A stretch of DNA of 64,000 nt from Centroscyllium fabricii (Eukaryota), in NCBI GenBank assembly GCA_051313645.2, contig JBNRSN020000003.1, forward strand, positions 501,456,001 to 501,520,000, written 5' to 3'. The translations under genes were made by a program, and so were the position numbers. Of this stretch, positions 1 through 13,065 are shown piece after piece (positions within the stretch are counted from its first letter, which is position 1; each line of letters opens with the position of its first letter). Below the pieces are notes generated by a model. The model saw only the letters and a program-made list of their open reading frames with translations. It was not told where the DNA came from and did not search any database.

Positions 1-569
1 GCATTGGGCACAAGAGGTCAGCACGCCTCACAGATTGTAATGGATGGAAAATCCTGTTGAGTCCAATGACCTCCATACCCAGATTCCTGATTCGCCACCT
101 TGATACACAAAGCTGTGTATCGTGAGTGCGAATTGATAAAATCCTGCAATTTGTTCATTTTATTAATCACATCACAGCGGGTTATCTCAGTGTAACAGAT
201 TGGTGCAATAGACTTGCATGTTTTTTTGAAAGAAGCTATGACTGATCATTTACAATGGCCTGGAAAAAAATCTACGTACTTACCTGAGGGCTCCCGAGGT
301 TCGGACACATCTGCTGCTGGGCCTGGCCACAGTCGAAATGCGCAGGGCCCACGTATCCCAGGGGCGCAGGCAGTTCGCAAGCATCCCTGCGATCACGTGG
401 GCCAGGCGAACCAATGAAAGAAGGGAATCCCTCTTCATACTTTTGACAAATATTAAAATATTGCCATTAAATTATTATGGTTATAAACACATCTGAATTA
501 TTCATAATATTGATGTTGCGTCATTAATGGATCAACTTAGAAAACGAGCGAAAGCTGACCAATGTTTTA

Positions 570-2127
570 AAAAAAAACTCCCACACCACCGGAAGACCAG
601 CCACTAACACTGTCCTCTTCCGACGTAAGAGGTGCTCTACGTGGAGTGAACGCACAGAAGGCCGCGGGTCCTGACGGCATCCCCGGCCGGGCATTCAAAG
701 ATGGTGCTGACCAACTGGCTGAGGTCTTCACCGACATCTTCAACCTGTCACTGGCGAAGGCAGCTGTCCCTACCTGCTTCAAGACCGCCACCATCATCCC
801 TGTGCCCAAGAAAACGACCGTGACATGCCTGAACGACTACCGCCCTGTCGCACTCACACCCATAATCATGAAGTGTTTCGAGCGGCTGGTCCTGGCCCAC
901 ATCAAAGCCAGCGTTCCCGCCGCCCTGGACCAATACCAGTTTGCCTATCGAGGAAACAGATCAACGGAAGATGCAATCACTACGGCTCTTCACTCTGCAC
1001 TAAACCACCTGGATAGCAAAGACACATATATCAGAATGCTATTTATTGACTACAGCTCAGCATTCAACACTATCATCCCCAGCAAGTTGTCTACCAAACT
1101 CCTCTCCCTCGGCCTGAACACCTCCCTCTGCAACTGGACCCTGGACTTCCTAACCAACAGGCCACAGTCTGTGAAGTTAGGCAACCTCACCTCCCCCCCC
1201 TTACCCTGAACACGGGGGCCCCACAAGGCTGTGTGCTGAGCTCCCTCTTCACTCACGACTGTGTGGCTGTCCATGGCTCCAACACGATCATTAAGTTTGC
1301 GGACGACACCACGGTGGTTGGCCAGATCACCAACAACGATGAGTCAGCCTACAGGGATGAGATTCAATGCCTTGTGGGATGGTGTGCCGGTAACAACCTG
1401 GCACTGAACACCAAGAAAACCAAGGAGATCATAGTGGACTTCTGGAAGACTAAAAGCAGAAGACACACCCCCATCTTCATCCAAGGGGCTGAGGTGGAAA
1501 GGGTGTCCAGCTTCAAGTTCCTCGGGGTCCACATCTCAGAAGACCTCTCCTGGTCACTAAACACCTCCTCTCTGATTAAGAAGGCCCAACAGCGCCTGTT
1601 CTTCCTAAGGAAGCTGAAAAAAGCCAAGCTGTCATCCGGCATCCTCACCAACTTCTACCGCTGCACAATCGAAAGCATACTGACAAACTGCATCACAGTC
1701 TGGTATGGGAACTGCACCATCTCGGACCAGATGGCCCTGTAGTGGGTAGTCAAAACTGCCCAACGAATCACCGGCACCCAGCTACCGTCAATCGAACGCA
1801 CCTACCTCAAACATTGCCTATGGAGGTCTCTGCACATTATTAAAGACCCCACACACCCCAGCCACAGTCTGTTCGCCCCCCTGCCCTCCGGGAGACGCTA
1901 CAGATCAATCCGCACCCGCACGACCAGATTCAAGAACAGCTTCTTCCCCAGGGCTGTCAGTCTCCTGAACTCTAACAAAAAACTCCAGTATCTGCACACC
2001 TGAAATGTACTTTATTGTATGAAATTGTATGTTACTTATTTGCACTACTCTCGGGAGTGGCGAGTCTTCGTTTCGTTGTATTGTACTTGTACTCTGCAAT
2101 GACAATAAAACTTGAATTGAATTGAAT
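570..2127 (+). mobile_element. 5'-truncated Rex1/Babar-type LINE (RT pseudogene)
   Basis: ORFs 646-1209 and 1233-1742 carry [29 protein letters not shown] and KFADDTT motifs, split by a frameshift; 3' end GACAATAAAA followed by a (TTGAA)n tail at ~2101-2127. The 5' boundary is approximate. Confidence 0.9.
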
Positions 2128-2779
2128 ACTCGCTCTCGAGTCAGTAGAAAGAAGGTTCACTCGGTTAATCCCAGGGATGAGGGGTTGGACATATGAGGAG
2201 AGGTTGAGTAGATTGGGACTCTACTCATTGGAGTTCAGAAGAATGAGGGGAGATCTTATTGAAACATATAAGTTTGTGAAGGGGCTGGATCGGGTGGATG
2301 CGGGGAACATGTTCCCAATAATGGGTGAAACTAGAACTAGGGGGCATAAACTTAGAATAAAGGGCTGTTCTTTCAAAACTGAGATGAGGAGAAACTACTT
2401 CACTCAGAGGGTAGTAGGTCCATGGAACATGCTGCCCCAAAAAGCTGTAGAAGCTACATCATTACATAAATTTAAAACAGAAATAGACAGTTTCCTAGTA
2501 GTAAAAGGGATTAAGGGTTACGGGGAGCGGGCAGGAATTTGGACATGAGTCTAGGTTCAGATCGGTCATGGCCCTGTGGGTAGTGGAGCGGGCCCAGGGA
2601 CCGTGTAGCCTGATCCTGCTCCTATTTCATGTGTCTAATGCTGTTAGATTCAGGAGATGCTTCTGTGATAGTAGGTTGGTTGTTAGGATCAGATCAGCCA
2701 TGATCTTATTGAATGGCGGAGCAGGCTCTAGGGGCCGATTGGCCTACTCCTGCTCCTATTTCTTATGTTCTTATGTTCT
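2128..2779 (+). mobile_element. CR1 LINE 3' fragment(s) with two successive 3' tails
   Basis: ORF 2177-2548 (YEERLSRLGLYSLEFRRMRGDLIETYK, the CR1 ORF2 C-terminus); a divergent tail at ~2555-2640, then a canonical tail GATCAGCCATGATC...GGAGCAGG...CCTGCTCC plus (TTCTTATG)n at ~2685-2779. Confidence 0.85.
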
Positions 2780-3582
2780 GATAGATTTATTGGCATGTGA
2801 GAAGGGGGAGGTTTTAGCACAGTCCCCTCGCCAGAACATTGTATTTTGGTACATTTTCCATGCATGTTAGATTCTACAATGAACTTGGGCATTGCAATTT
2901 TTAAATCCATAAATTGAAGGAACGTTTGCTCAATTTTATCCAAAACAAGTGTATTTGCCATTGGGGAATTCATTAGAGAGGAGATCTTCCTCATATCAGA
3001 ATACTGCATACCTCCAACTTGTAATTTTAGGACAATTAAATAAGTAAGTGCTGGGACTCTTCGCTCTCAATTCATGTCGCCATCCTCCTATTTCTCCCCG
3101 ACCCCACCTAGTACACATAGGCCTACTCCTCGTCTCCCATTTTTCAGTGCTGTTTTGGAGGTTCCAACTTCCCAGCATCACCCTTGGGCTCCCTCCTCTT
3201 CTTCCCTTCCCTACTTTCTGAGAATTGCTCTTGCGCTATCTGTCCTTCTTTCCCCCCAAGACATGCTTACTTTTAATTTCCCCTGTTTTCTTATTTCTCT
3301 TTTTCTATTTGGTAATTTTTTTTCAAAGAGTATCTTATTCCCCTTAATTTGCTGTTGAGAGGGCCAGCCGCCTGTTCAGCATTGGCCGGTTGCTAAGAGA
3401 CATGAGCTACTGTCGGCCTCGGGTACTCTTGTTCCTCTATCCTCCCTCTGCCAGGAGAGTCTCTATCCAGAACTCCCCCCCATCTCTTGATGCAACTCGA
3501 ATCTTGCCGTTCTATGACACTGAACATGAATGCTGCAATATACTGAGCCAATGTGCTGCCCCCCTCCGCCCGCCCACCCTCT

Positions 3583-4470
3583 CATAAGAACATAAGAACA
3601 TAAGAAATAGGAGCAGGAGTAGGCCAATCGGCCCCTCGAGCCTGCTCCGCCATTCAACAAGATCATGGCTGATCTGATCCCAACCTCAATTTTATTTTAA
3701 CTTTCCATCCCCCCCAAAACACATGTGATCACCCTGGAGAGGCGAAAAACCAGATAAAAAACCCAGTAGCCAATTTGGGAGAAAAAATCTGGGAAATTCC
3801 TCTCCGACCCATCTAAGCGATCGAAAACTAGTCCAGGAGATCACATTACCGATCTGAACTTATCCTCATGTCCACTTGCCTGCCCGCTCACCATAACCCT
3901 TAATTCCCTTTTCTTCCAGGAAACTGTCTATCTCTGTTTTAAATTTATTCAAAGTAGTAGCTTCCACAGCTCTCTGGGGCAGCAAATTCCACAGCCCCAC
4001 CACCCTCTGGCTGAAGAAATTCCTCCTCATCTCCGTCCTAAATGAGTCACCCCTTATCCTTAGACTATGACCCCTGGTTCTGGACTCTCCTACCATCGGG
4101 AACATTCTTCCTGCATCAAGTCTGTCCAGACCAGTTAGAATTTTATACGTTTCGATGAGATCCCCTCTCAATCTTCTAAACTCCAGAGAGTACAAACCCA
4201 GTCTACCCAGTCTCTCCCCATACGTCAATCCTGCCATCCCAGGTATCAGCCTGGTGAATCTCCTCTGCACTCCCTCCATGGCAAGAACGTCCTTCCTTAG
4301 ATAAGGAGACCAAAACTGCACACAGTACTCAAGGCTTGGTCTCACCAAAGCCTTGTACAACTGCAGCAAGACCTCCCTATTCCTGTACTCAAAACCTCTC
4401 GCTATGAAGGCCAACATACCATTTGCCTTCTTAACCGCCTGCTGCACCTGCAAGCTCACCTTTAGCGACC
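3583..4470 (-). mobile_element. CR1 LINE 3' fragment with long 3' UTR
   Basis: ORF 3866-4459 ([19 protein letters not shown]...); (CATAAGAA)n tail at 3583-3607; the UTR segment at 3720-3845 recurs at 58615-58745. Confidence 0.9.
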
Positions 4471-4943
4471 CTTGCTTACCCCTCCTCCCCCACCTTTTTA
4501 TTTTTAGATTGCTATCGTTACTTTAGGCTTTCAGCATTCGGTTACTAGATGTAGCTTCAACCCTTCCTTTAAGTTTTTTCTAATGTTTTCAATCTGTAGC
4601 TTTCAAATCCCTAAGTGTGTGTGTGCATTTTTCTGCTTTTAAATCTTTTAGCTTTTAACATCCTCTTTCGCGTTGTAATTTGTAGTTTTTGGGATCATAG
4701 GTTCTCGCATACCCAAAGGCATCAGTAGGCCTGACGTATCGTCAATAGTCTAATAAAACTAAAGACGCGTAGTTACCTTAACTAAAGGCTTTCATTAGCT
4801 TACAAAGGAGCTACGCTCCGATCGAACATCAGGTACAGAATGAATGGGGGCAGGTCAGTCCCCACCTATAAGGCACTCACCTGAGGGGAGGAGTTAGAGG
4901 TGTGGCTGACCTGACCCCGCGACAGTGTCGCAATACAAGGCAG

Positions 4944-7900
4944 TGTAGCGGCACACCCGCTGGGAGATCGAATCCGCCAACGGGGCTCCGCGGAGCGCAG
5001 CCCGCTCATCCGGGTGATGCGACTACGTCACCACGTCGGCGGACGTGATGACGTCACCAACGGCGGGACTGTTTTAAATATGTTTGTACCGCGTGGTTCT
5101 GTCTCTTCCATGTTGAAACTAGTTGAGTAAAGACGTGTTTTTCCTTAGCTCTGGCTCTGTGTGATTACTGAAGTCCTGCAGCACAACAGTGGTGACCCTC
5201 GACGACTGGAACGAATTCCAGTAAAGAAAAAAAAAAGCTGCTACAGGATTTGGGAACTCCAGCCAAGGACTTTTAAATAAAACATGTCCAACACAAGGAA
5301 CCAAGCTCCACGATCACAGGGAGCTGGACGGAGCACCGGGCGCGGACTTGTTTTGCCCGAGTTCTGGGAGCAACGGCCAGCGGCCTGGTTCAGCTGCATA
5401 GAAGCCAGCTGCCGTTCAAATGGCATCAACGGGGACGACCGCTACGACTTGGTGTTCACAGCCCTGCCACAAACGACCGTCGATAGGATGTGGTCAACGA
5501 TCCAGCGCGTGCCCTCTGCAGACAGGTATGAAACGCTTAAGGCCGCGCTAATTAAGAAGTTTACCCCTTCCCAGTTTGAGCGCAACTGCCAGCTCCTCGA
5601 CCTCCCCGAACTCGGGGACGCAGACCCATCGGACCTCCTAGGTCAGATGCAGGCGCTCACTCCCAATCCTGCCACCCTATTCCGCACAGTCTTCCTCCTC
5701 AAATTGCCCCGCGCCATCAGACCGGCCTTGGCGGCCCTAGCCCATCGTAGCGACGATGAACTCGGCGAGGAAGCCGACAGGCTGATGGCAGCGCAGCGCA
5801 CCAGCTCCACCACGTGCACCCCTAACTCGGCATCGGTAGAGCGCAACGATCTTTTCTAAGATCGACCTGGTGCGTGGCTACCACCAGGTGCCCGTACACT
5901 CGGCGGACATTCCCAAAACGGCCGTGATTACCCCCTTCGGGCTCTTCGAATTCCTGAGCATGCCCTTCGGCCTTAAAAATGCGGCCCAGGCCTTCCAGCG
6001 GCTCATGGACTCAGTCCTACGGGACTTGAAGTTCATTTTCGTCTATTTAGACGACATTCTCGTGTCCAGCACCTCCCCTCAGGAACACCTCCTGCACCTC
6101 AGGACCCTGTTCCAGCGCCTCACCGAACACGGCCTTATCCTTAGCCCCATCAAATGCAAATTCGGCCTCGAGACCATCGACTTCCTCGGCCACCGCATTT
6201 CCCAAGCAGGGGCCATACCCCTACCCTCTAAGGCACAGGCGGTACAGGAATTTCCCCGCCCGCACTCCATTAAGGGGCTGCAGGAATTTTTAGGCATGGT
6301 CAACTTTTATAATCGCTTCATCCCGGGAGCAGCCGCTCTCATGGCCCCCTTATACCAGGCCACCCGCGGGCAGTCCAACAAGGCTGCAGTCGAGTGGACG
6401 GCCGAAGCCGCCACCGCATTCACCGCAACCAAAACCGCCCTGGCAAACGCCACCCTCCTAGCCCACCCTAGGCCCAACGCCAGAGTAGCCCTCACCACCG
6501 ACGCCTCCGACTACGCCGTCGGGGCCATTTTTGAGCAGTGGACCGGCAACGCGTGGCAACCCCTGGCCTTTTTCAGCCGGCAACTCCGGCCCCCAGAGGT
6601 AAAATACAGCGCCTTCGATAGGGAGCTACTAGCTCTCCATCTGGCGGTGCGACACTTTCGTTTCCTCCTGGAGGGCCGACACTTTACAGCCTTCACCGAC
6701 CACAAGCCACTCACGTTTGCGATGGCTAAGGCCGCTGAACCCTGGTCGGCCAGGCAGCAGCGCCAAATCACGGCCGTGTCGGAATTTACAACCGACATTC
6801 AACATATTTCCGGCCGCGACAATGTGGTCGCTGACTGCCTTTCACGCCCCACTATCAACGCCGCCCAAATGGCAGTTGATTACGCCCAGCTGGCCGCGGA
6901 CCAGCTGGCCGATCCCGACCTACTCAACGCAGCCACTAAACTTCCCGGCCTACGCTTGGCCAATGTCGCGCACGGCCCCGCTGCCACCGTCGTTTGCTGC
7001 GACGTTTCGTTATCGCAACCCAGGCCCGTCGTACCCCCCGCTTGGAGGGAACGAATCTTTACGACCCTCCACGACCTGTCCCACCCCGGCGTCCGCGCGT
7101 CCACTAAACTTATATCGGCCCGGTTTGTATGGCGCGGCCTGCGCAAAGACGTCCGCGCCTGGGCCACTTCCTGCATAGCCTGCCAGCGCTCCAAAGTGCA
7201 CAAGCACATCAGGGCACCGCTGGAAAATTTTAAGGTACCGGCCAGATGCTTTGACCACGTCCATATTGACCTCGTCGGGCCACTACCAGCATCCCGCGGA
7301 CACACGCACCTACTGACCATGGTCGACCGCAACACTCGCTGGCCTGAAGCAGTTCCCCTTACTGCCACCAACACCACGGACCTGGCCAGGGCGTTCATCG
7401 CCACATGGGTCGCCCGATTCGGCGTGCCCACAGACATCACCTCCGACAGAGGACCCCAGTTCACGTCGACATTATGGGCGGCCATCGCCCGCGACCTTGG
7501 GGTGACACTACACAGGACCACCGCATACCATCCACAGGCGAACGGCCTATGCGAACGGTTCCACCGCTCAATGAAGGCATCACTTTGGGCCACACTGAAA
7601 GACGCTTCATGGACCGACCGCCTTCCATGGGTTCTCCTCGGGCTGCGGTCGGCAGTTAAAGAGGACCTCAACGCCTCAGCAGCAGAGCTCGTCTACGGCC
7701 AGGCTTTAACGGTACCGGGCGAATTTTTGGCTGAGGCCAACGCCCCCTGGTCAGCAGACCAGTATTTAAAGGACTGGGCAAACCCGGCACGAGCTTTTCA
7801 ACCACTACCAGTGGCCCGGCATGGAGAGCCGGCAGCTCGGGTGCCAGAAGACATCAAAAACGCCAAATGGGTGTTCATCTGACGAGACGGGCACCGAGCC

Positions 7901-8458
7901 CCTTTACAGCCACCTTACGATGGCCCTTATAGAGTGCTTCGGGCGGGAAACAAGACTTTTGAATTGCAAATGGGCAAAAGGACTGAAACGGTAACAATAG
8001 ACCGGCTCAAGCCGGCACATGTGACAGCGGGCGAGACCACGGTCCCCGCACAACCACCACAACGCAGTCGCCCTCCCGCACCAAAACCCGTCCACACTCC
8101 AACGCAGAACCACCAACAGCTAGCAACACGGTCCGGCCGCATCATCCGACCGCCCCAACGGCACACATAGACACTTTAATCTATTTCTCCCGGACGGATT
8201 CTGGGGGGAGCTGTGTAGCGGCACACCCGCTGGGAGATCGAATCCGCCAACGGGGCTCCGCGGAGCGCAGCCCGCTCATCCGGGTGATGCGACTACGTCA
8301 CCACGTCGGCGGACGTGATGACGTCACCAACGGCGGGACTGTTTTAAATATGTTTGTACCGCGTGGTTCTGTCTCTTCCATGTTGAAACTAGTTGAGTAA
8401 AGACGTGTTTTTCCTTAGCTCTGGCTCTGTGTGATTACTGAAGTCCTGCAGCACAACA
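4944..8458 (+). mobile_element. Gypsy element A, CsRn1-like, internally deleted
   Basis: Identical 245-bp LTRs 4944-5188 and 8214-8458; TSD GCAG; PBS TGGTGACCC (tRNA-Trp type) at 5190; PPT GGGGGGAG at 8203-8210. Confidence 0.95.
5284..8170 (+). pseudogene. gag (truncated) plus RT(partial)-RNaseH-integrase of element A
   Basis: gag ORF 5284-5859; pol ORF 5870-7882 with YLDD, TDAS, HHCC zinc finger and DDE core; protease and RT N-terminus missing relative to B; premature TGA at 7880-7882 before the GPY/F tail. Confidence 0.9.
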
Positions 8459-9194
8459 GCAGTGTATTATGCACCCGGCCGCTATACATACAATACAATA
8501 TTGGCCACAATATTGAGGTGGTAAAAGAGTAAATATAACGGTTACCACAAGGCCATAACCCGGCAATGTGTTGATAGGGAAAATACTCCAGAGCAACTAG
8601 CATCCTTATTGGTGAGTTCAAAATCATGAATCTGTTAGTGGGGTGTACGGAACCTGGTCCACAGTATCTTGACATGATATTGAATTTACCTTGCAGCTGC
8701 TAAGTTAAAAAGAACATCATAGAGGAATTAAAGCTACAGCAGGTGATTTTAAGTTTAGACTCTACTCACTATTGTGGAAGCAAAATAAAGGCAGAAATAA
8801 TGAAGATAATGAGATAATTTACCCATGAGTGAATAACTGGATGTACAGGGCCAAGTGCAATGTTACACTAATCTATGAATGTCCATTAGTCAGGAAGGAA
8901 TAGGGCAACTTTAATGAGCACCTCCTGTATGCAAAATGGTAGCCAACAAAGGATAATTGCTTATGGTTCATTATTCTTGCGTGCAGTCTGGATAATTCAA
9001 GGAAAAAAAGAAAAGGATCAGGTGGCACAGAGGGGCTCAGAATGCAAACTGTGTTTTTCACCCCCTGAAGATTTAAACAGGAGTAAAAAATACCTGCTTG
9101 TCTTTTGATTGATTGGATTATTAGAAAACAAGGCGAAGAAACCACTGCGAGAGCAAATTAGGAGAAAGTCCTTTTTGCAGGAAGTTGTAGCGAA

Positions 9195-10150
9195 TGTGGG
9201 GGAGTACAAAACTAAGGGGGCGAAATTGGATGCCTTTGTGCCTCCCGTTAGCATCTCCTGAGGCACTAATGGGGCACAAATGGCTTTACCATCAGGCGTA
9301 GTGCTGACACCGGCTCTCACCATATTTAGCGGGAATTTTGCAACGGTGCTTTGGCGTTGCACCCCGTTCTCCTTTGCCCGGAGATCGTGATGTCATCGCC
9401 GTGCACATCGCCCCGGTAGCCCCCCGGACCCGAAATTGACTTCCGACCCCTGCAGCAACGCCGGTCGAAAACGCCGACAGCTGCAGGAGGCGTGAATCGG
9501 GCTGGCGGGTGGCCACTTCGGGGGCGATGATTAATGGCGAGGTGGCCGAGGTAAGTATTAAAAAACCCTTCCCTTTCTTGTTTGTTTCTTTCGTCGGTTC
9601 CTGCCCGCGATCGATCAGCCCGGCACCCTGCTTGAGTGCCGGGCTGATCGCGGCAGAGCCTGCAGCGATGTCTCTTCCCTTTAAGGGAGGGAAGGAGCCT
9701 TTGAACACGCACGGCCCAGTGTGCAGCGCTGCTGAAGTCTCCACCCCGCCTGCTGCCGATTGCGCTCAAAGAAGGAAGTGGACACTTGATTTAGCGCACC
9801 ACTTCCTTCCTGGAGCGCAAACAGCAAAATTTTCAAAAGTTTTAAATCGTTAGCACCTGGCGCTAACTTTACAAACTTTTAAAAATTAGCGCCCCAAACG
9901 GGCCGATAGTGAGTTTCTCCCCCTAGGGGTCAGAAATATCAAATAGTCACTAATAAAGCCAATAAAGAATTCTGGTGAAACCTCTTTACCCAGAGAGTGG
10001 TTAGAACGTGGAACTCGCTCCCACATCGAGTATTTCAAGTGAAGAGCATAGACGCCTTTGCATAGATGCCTTTTAAGGAGAAACTAGATATGTACGTGAG
10101 AGAGAAAGGAATGGAAGGATATGCTGACAGGGTTAGATGAAGTAGTGTGG
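9195..10150 (+). mobile_element. Old CR1 3' fragment interrupted by a MITE
   Basis: GGGGAGTACAAAACTA|GGGGTCAGAAAT...TTTACCCAGAGAGTGGTTAGAACGTGGAACTCGCT rejoins across the 9216-9923 insertion. Confidence 0.7.
9216..9923. mobile_element. PIF/Harbinger-like non-autonomous element (MITE)
   Basis: Imperfect TIR GGGGGCGAAATT / AGTTTCTCCCCC; 3-bp TSD-like TAA/TAG; cleanly interrupts a CR1 fragment. Confidence 0.75.
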
Positions 10151-10920
10151 GAAGCAATGTGCTCCCTAATTTTTTTGGGGTGCATGGCCTCTTCAAGGGG
10201 CTGCGTAGCCCATTCACAGTTTTATGCATACAATAGAAAAACCGCAGTAGAAAGTTGCTGTATATTGGTAACGGCTTAGTTATAAAAGAACACTTTGAAG
10301 CATAAATGCCTTTGGAACAGTAAATGTAACCTTAGGTGAGAGGACAGATTTTGAGAGTTCTCCAAAAGTGGGATTTTTCCAACTTACGGAGCAAACTGGA
10401 AGCTCAGGTTGGGCAGGGCTGAATTTTGTGTTAGAAATCCCTCCCAATAACCTGAAAAGGCTACTGACGTGTGCAATACTTGGCCTGTACCACACTTAAC
10501 AGGGAATCCAAAATCTGGTGAAGCTGTGGCTCTTTAAAGGCTGCAGCTCACCATTAAAGGGGAAGTGGTGCTGAAGGCAGATAAGTTGATTCATTTTTCA
10601 CAATGATATTCGGTGCTGGCATGTCGAGTGCCTTTGATGTTGGAGAGTTGGAGATACTGCTGCAAAGGTCGGCGTTGCATCTCCTGCCGAAATTGGAGTG
10701 GAAAGTCACCCTCCAGTAAAAAATATGTGAAAGCTGCATGAAGGATGGTTGCCATCAGAATCAATGCAGCCTTACAGGCCCCTCATATCTAGCTACTACC
10801 TGTAGTAAGGAAGAGGTTTACTCGTGTCAGGAGCAAAGTCACCTTGATAAGTGTGCTCCTAACTTTTTAAAATATATTTCTTGTATACCATGCCATCTAG
10901 GAGGTGCAATTTTAAACAAT

Positions 10921-11747
10921 GGGCAGGATTTTTCTGAAGTTGCGCGAAGTTGGCGGGTTCTGGGCGGATCAGCTTTCTGGCCCGCCTGCCCAAGGGCCTG
11001 GGAACTCCACGCAATTTTCACTAAATTGGGCAATTAATTCCCCGCGTGCAGGGAGCCACTTCCAATTGCCTGAATCGAGTCGGAAAGCAACGGGCTGCAG
11101 CTGGGAGCCAGATCGTTGAGTGACTGTTCTAAGGACTGTCTGTTGTCAGTTTCCATGGAAACAGTCCATTGTGACATCACAATGGAGTGCAACTAATTGC
11201 AAAGCCCAAGTGTGTTGAGTGACAGGTGCACGGACGCGCTGGAAATCTTTCAGAGTTAGGGGCTGTCTCTCAATCCCGCATTTCACCATCTGTCAAGGTT
11301 AGTGTTTTAAGGTTTCTCTCCACAGATGGCCCTCAGAAAAGAGAGTCACTTACACCTCCAGGGTGTTGAAGGCCTGGAAAGCATTCTGCTCTAGGTCCTT
11401 CAATGCCTTGAAGGTGAAAGTGACCTAGCCGACTGTGATCCCGCTAGCTTTCACCAGCGGGGTTGCAGAATGGCAGGGTTTGGGTGCGAAAGGGCTTAAA
11501 ATAGGTGAAGGCCCTTAAAATGCGATTATCCTGTCCAATTAAGGGCCCTCAATGAGCTAAACGAGCATCCCCGCCGGCAATGGGCTGGAAAGATTTGGGT
11601 CGGCTGGACACGCCGCCCAAACTTTACAAGCCGGCGCCGATCCGGTGGGGGGGGGGGTGGGGGGTCGGGACCCCCCGGTTTGGCAATTTTAGGCCCCGCC
11701 CACCCTGCCAGAAACCCGCCCTCACGGCCCGAGGAAAATCCCCCCCC
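10921..11747. mobile_element. PIF/Harbinger-like MITE
   Basis: Imperfect TIR GGGCAGGATTTT / AAAATCCCCCCC; flanks AAT/ATT; GC-rich subterminal regions. Confidence 0.6.
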
Positions 11748-11799
11748 ATTGTATACAACCATTGCCCTTTTGCAGAACCATTGTCTTTGTTTCCAAGTT

Positions 11800-12822
11800 G
11801 CAAGGTAAAATTTAAATCAATGGGGCTCAAGGGCGAAACTGCCCAGTGCCTGGAGTCATACCTGGCAAAAACGAAGATGTTTGTAGTTGTTGGAGGGCAA
11901 TCATCTCAGCCCCAGGACATGGCTACAGCAGATCCTCAGGGCAGTGTCCTAGCCCCAACTCTCTTCAGCTGCTTTATCAATGACCTGACCTCCATCATAA
12001 GGTCAAAACCTGCGTTGTTTGCTGATGTTTGTACAACATTTAACTCCATTTGCAATTCCTCAGATAATGAAGCAGTCTATGCTTCGACTGACAGCATCTA
12101 GGCTCAGGCTGATAAGTGGCAAGTAACATGTGTGCCAGACAATGACCATCTCCAACAAGATAGAGCCGAGCCACTTCCCCTTAACACTCAATGTCATTAC
12201 CATCACCAAATCATCCACCATCAATATCCTGGAGTTGCCATTGATTAGAATCTAAGCCAGACCAGCCACATAAATGCTATGGCTACTAGAGCAGGTCAGA
12301 GGTTGGATATTCTGTGGTGAGTGGCTCACCTCCTGACTTCAAATCCTCCCCACCACCCATAGGGCACAAATCAGGAGTATGATGGAATATGCTCCACTTG
12401 CCTAGATGGGTGCAGCCGCAACAATACTCAAGAAGGCCGGTGCCATCAAGGAAAAAGCAATCCGCTTGATAGGCACCTCATCCACCAGCCTAAACATGCA
12501 CCCTCTCCACCACTGGTGTACCGTGGCTGCAGTGTACACAATCTACAGGAAGCATTGCAGGAACTTGCCAAGGCTTCTTTGGCGGCAAATCCCAAACTTG
12601 CAACCTCCATCACCTAGAAGGACAAGCTCAAAGCCACACACCATCCTGACTTGGTTCCTTCATTGTCGCTGTATCAAAATCCTGGAACTTCCTACCTAGC
12701 AGCATTGTGGCTGCAGCAGTTCAAGAAGAATGCCCTTCACCACTTTCTTAGGGCAACTACGGATGGGCAATAAATGCTGGTCATACTAATGACTCCGCAC
12801 CCCAAGAATCAATTCAAAAAAT
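11800..12822 (+). mobile_element. Degenerate LINE 3' fragment (CR1/L2-group family distinct from the main CR1)
   Basis: PQGSVLAPTLFSCFINDL and FAD motifs in ORF 11580-12101; downstream degraded coding sequence; tail GGGCAATAAATGCTGG...AAAAA. Confidence 0.8.
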
Positions 12823-12944
12823 TCAGTTAAAATGTAAAAATGTTCAAACTATAAAAAATACAAGAGGTAATTCTCCAAACATCAGCTTCCCTTGGGGAAC
12901 AAGACTCACAGGGGGTACAGATTAGAGGTAGGGCGACAACATAA

Positions 12945-13065
12945 ACACGTAAGAAATAAGAACAGGAGTAGACCATTCGGACGTTCAAGCCTGCTCCGCC
13001 ATTCAATAAGATCATGGCTGATCTTCTGCCTCAACTCCACCTTACCCGCACTATCCCCTTGATGG
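12945..13065 (-). mobile_element. CR1 3' tail fragment
   Basis: CCTGCTCCGCCATTCAATAAGATCATGGCTGATC, the reverse complement of the CR1 tail. Confidence 0.75.

Larger units (their letters stand above)
4732..8549 (-). mobile_element. Solo LTR of the C/D (YLDN) Gypsy family, split by element A
   Basis: TG...CA ends; 5-bp TSD AGGCC (4727-4731 / 8550-8554); shares GGAGGAGTTAGAGGTGTGGCTGACCTG and TGACGTATCGTCAA with the LTRs of C and D; halves are 4732-4943 and 8463-8549. Confidence 0.9.

Noticed and set aside
2728-3009. 93-aa minus-strand ORF as a host exon
   Set aside because: It runs into a CR1 tail, has no recognisable homology and lacks supported splice sites.
5835-5850. Deletion in A as a spliced subgenomic RNA
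   Set aside because: No clear GT-AG at the equivalent positions in B; microhomology or template switching is more plausible.
6880-7671. Long antisense ORFs over the integrases of A and B (also 18286-19065)
   Set aside because: Expected shadow ORFs of GC-rich coding sequence; no independent motifs.
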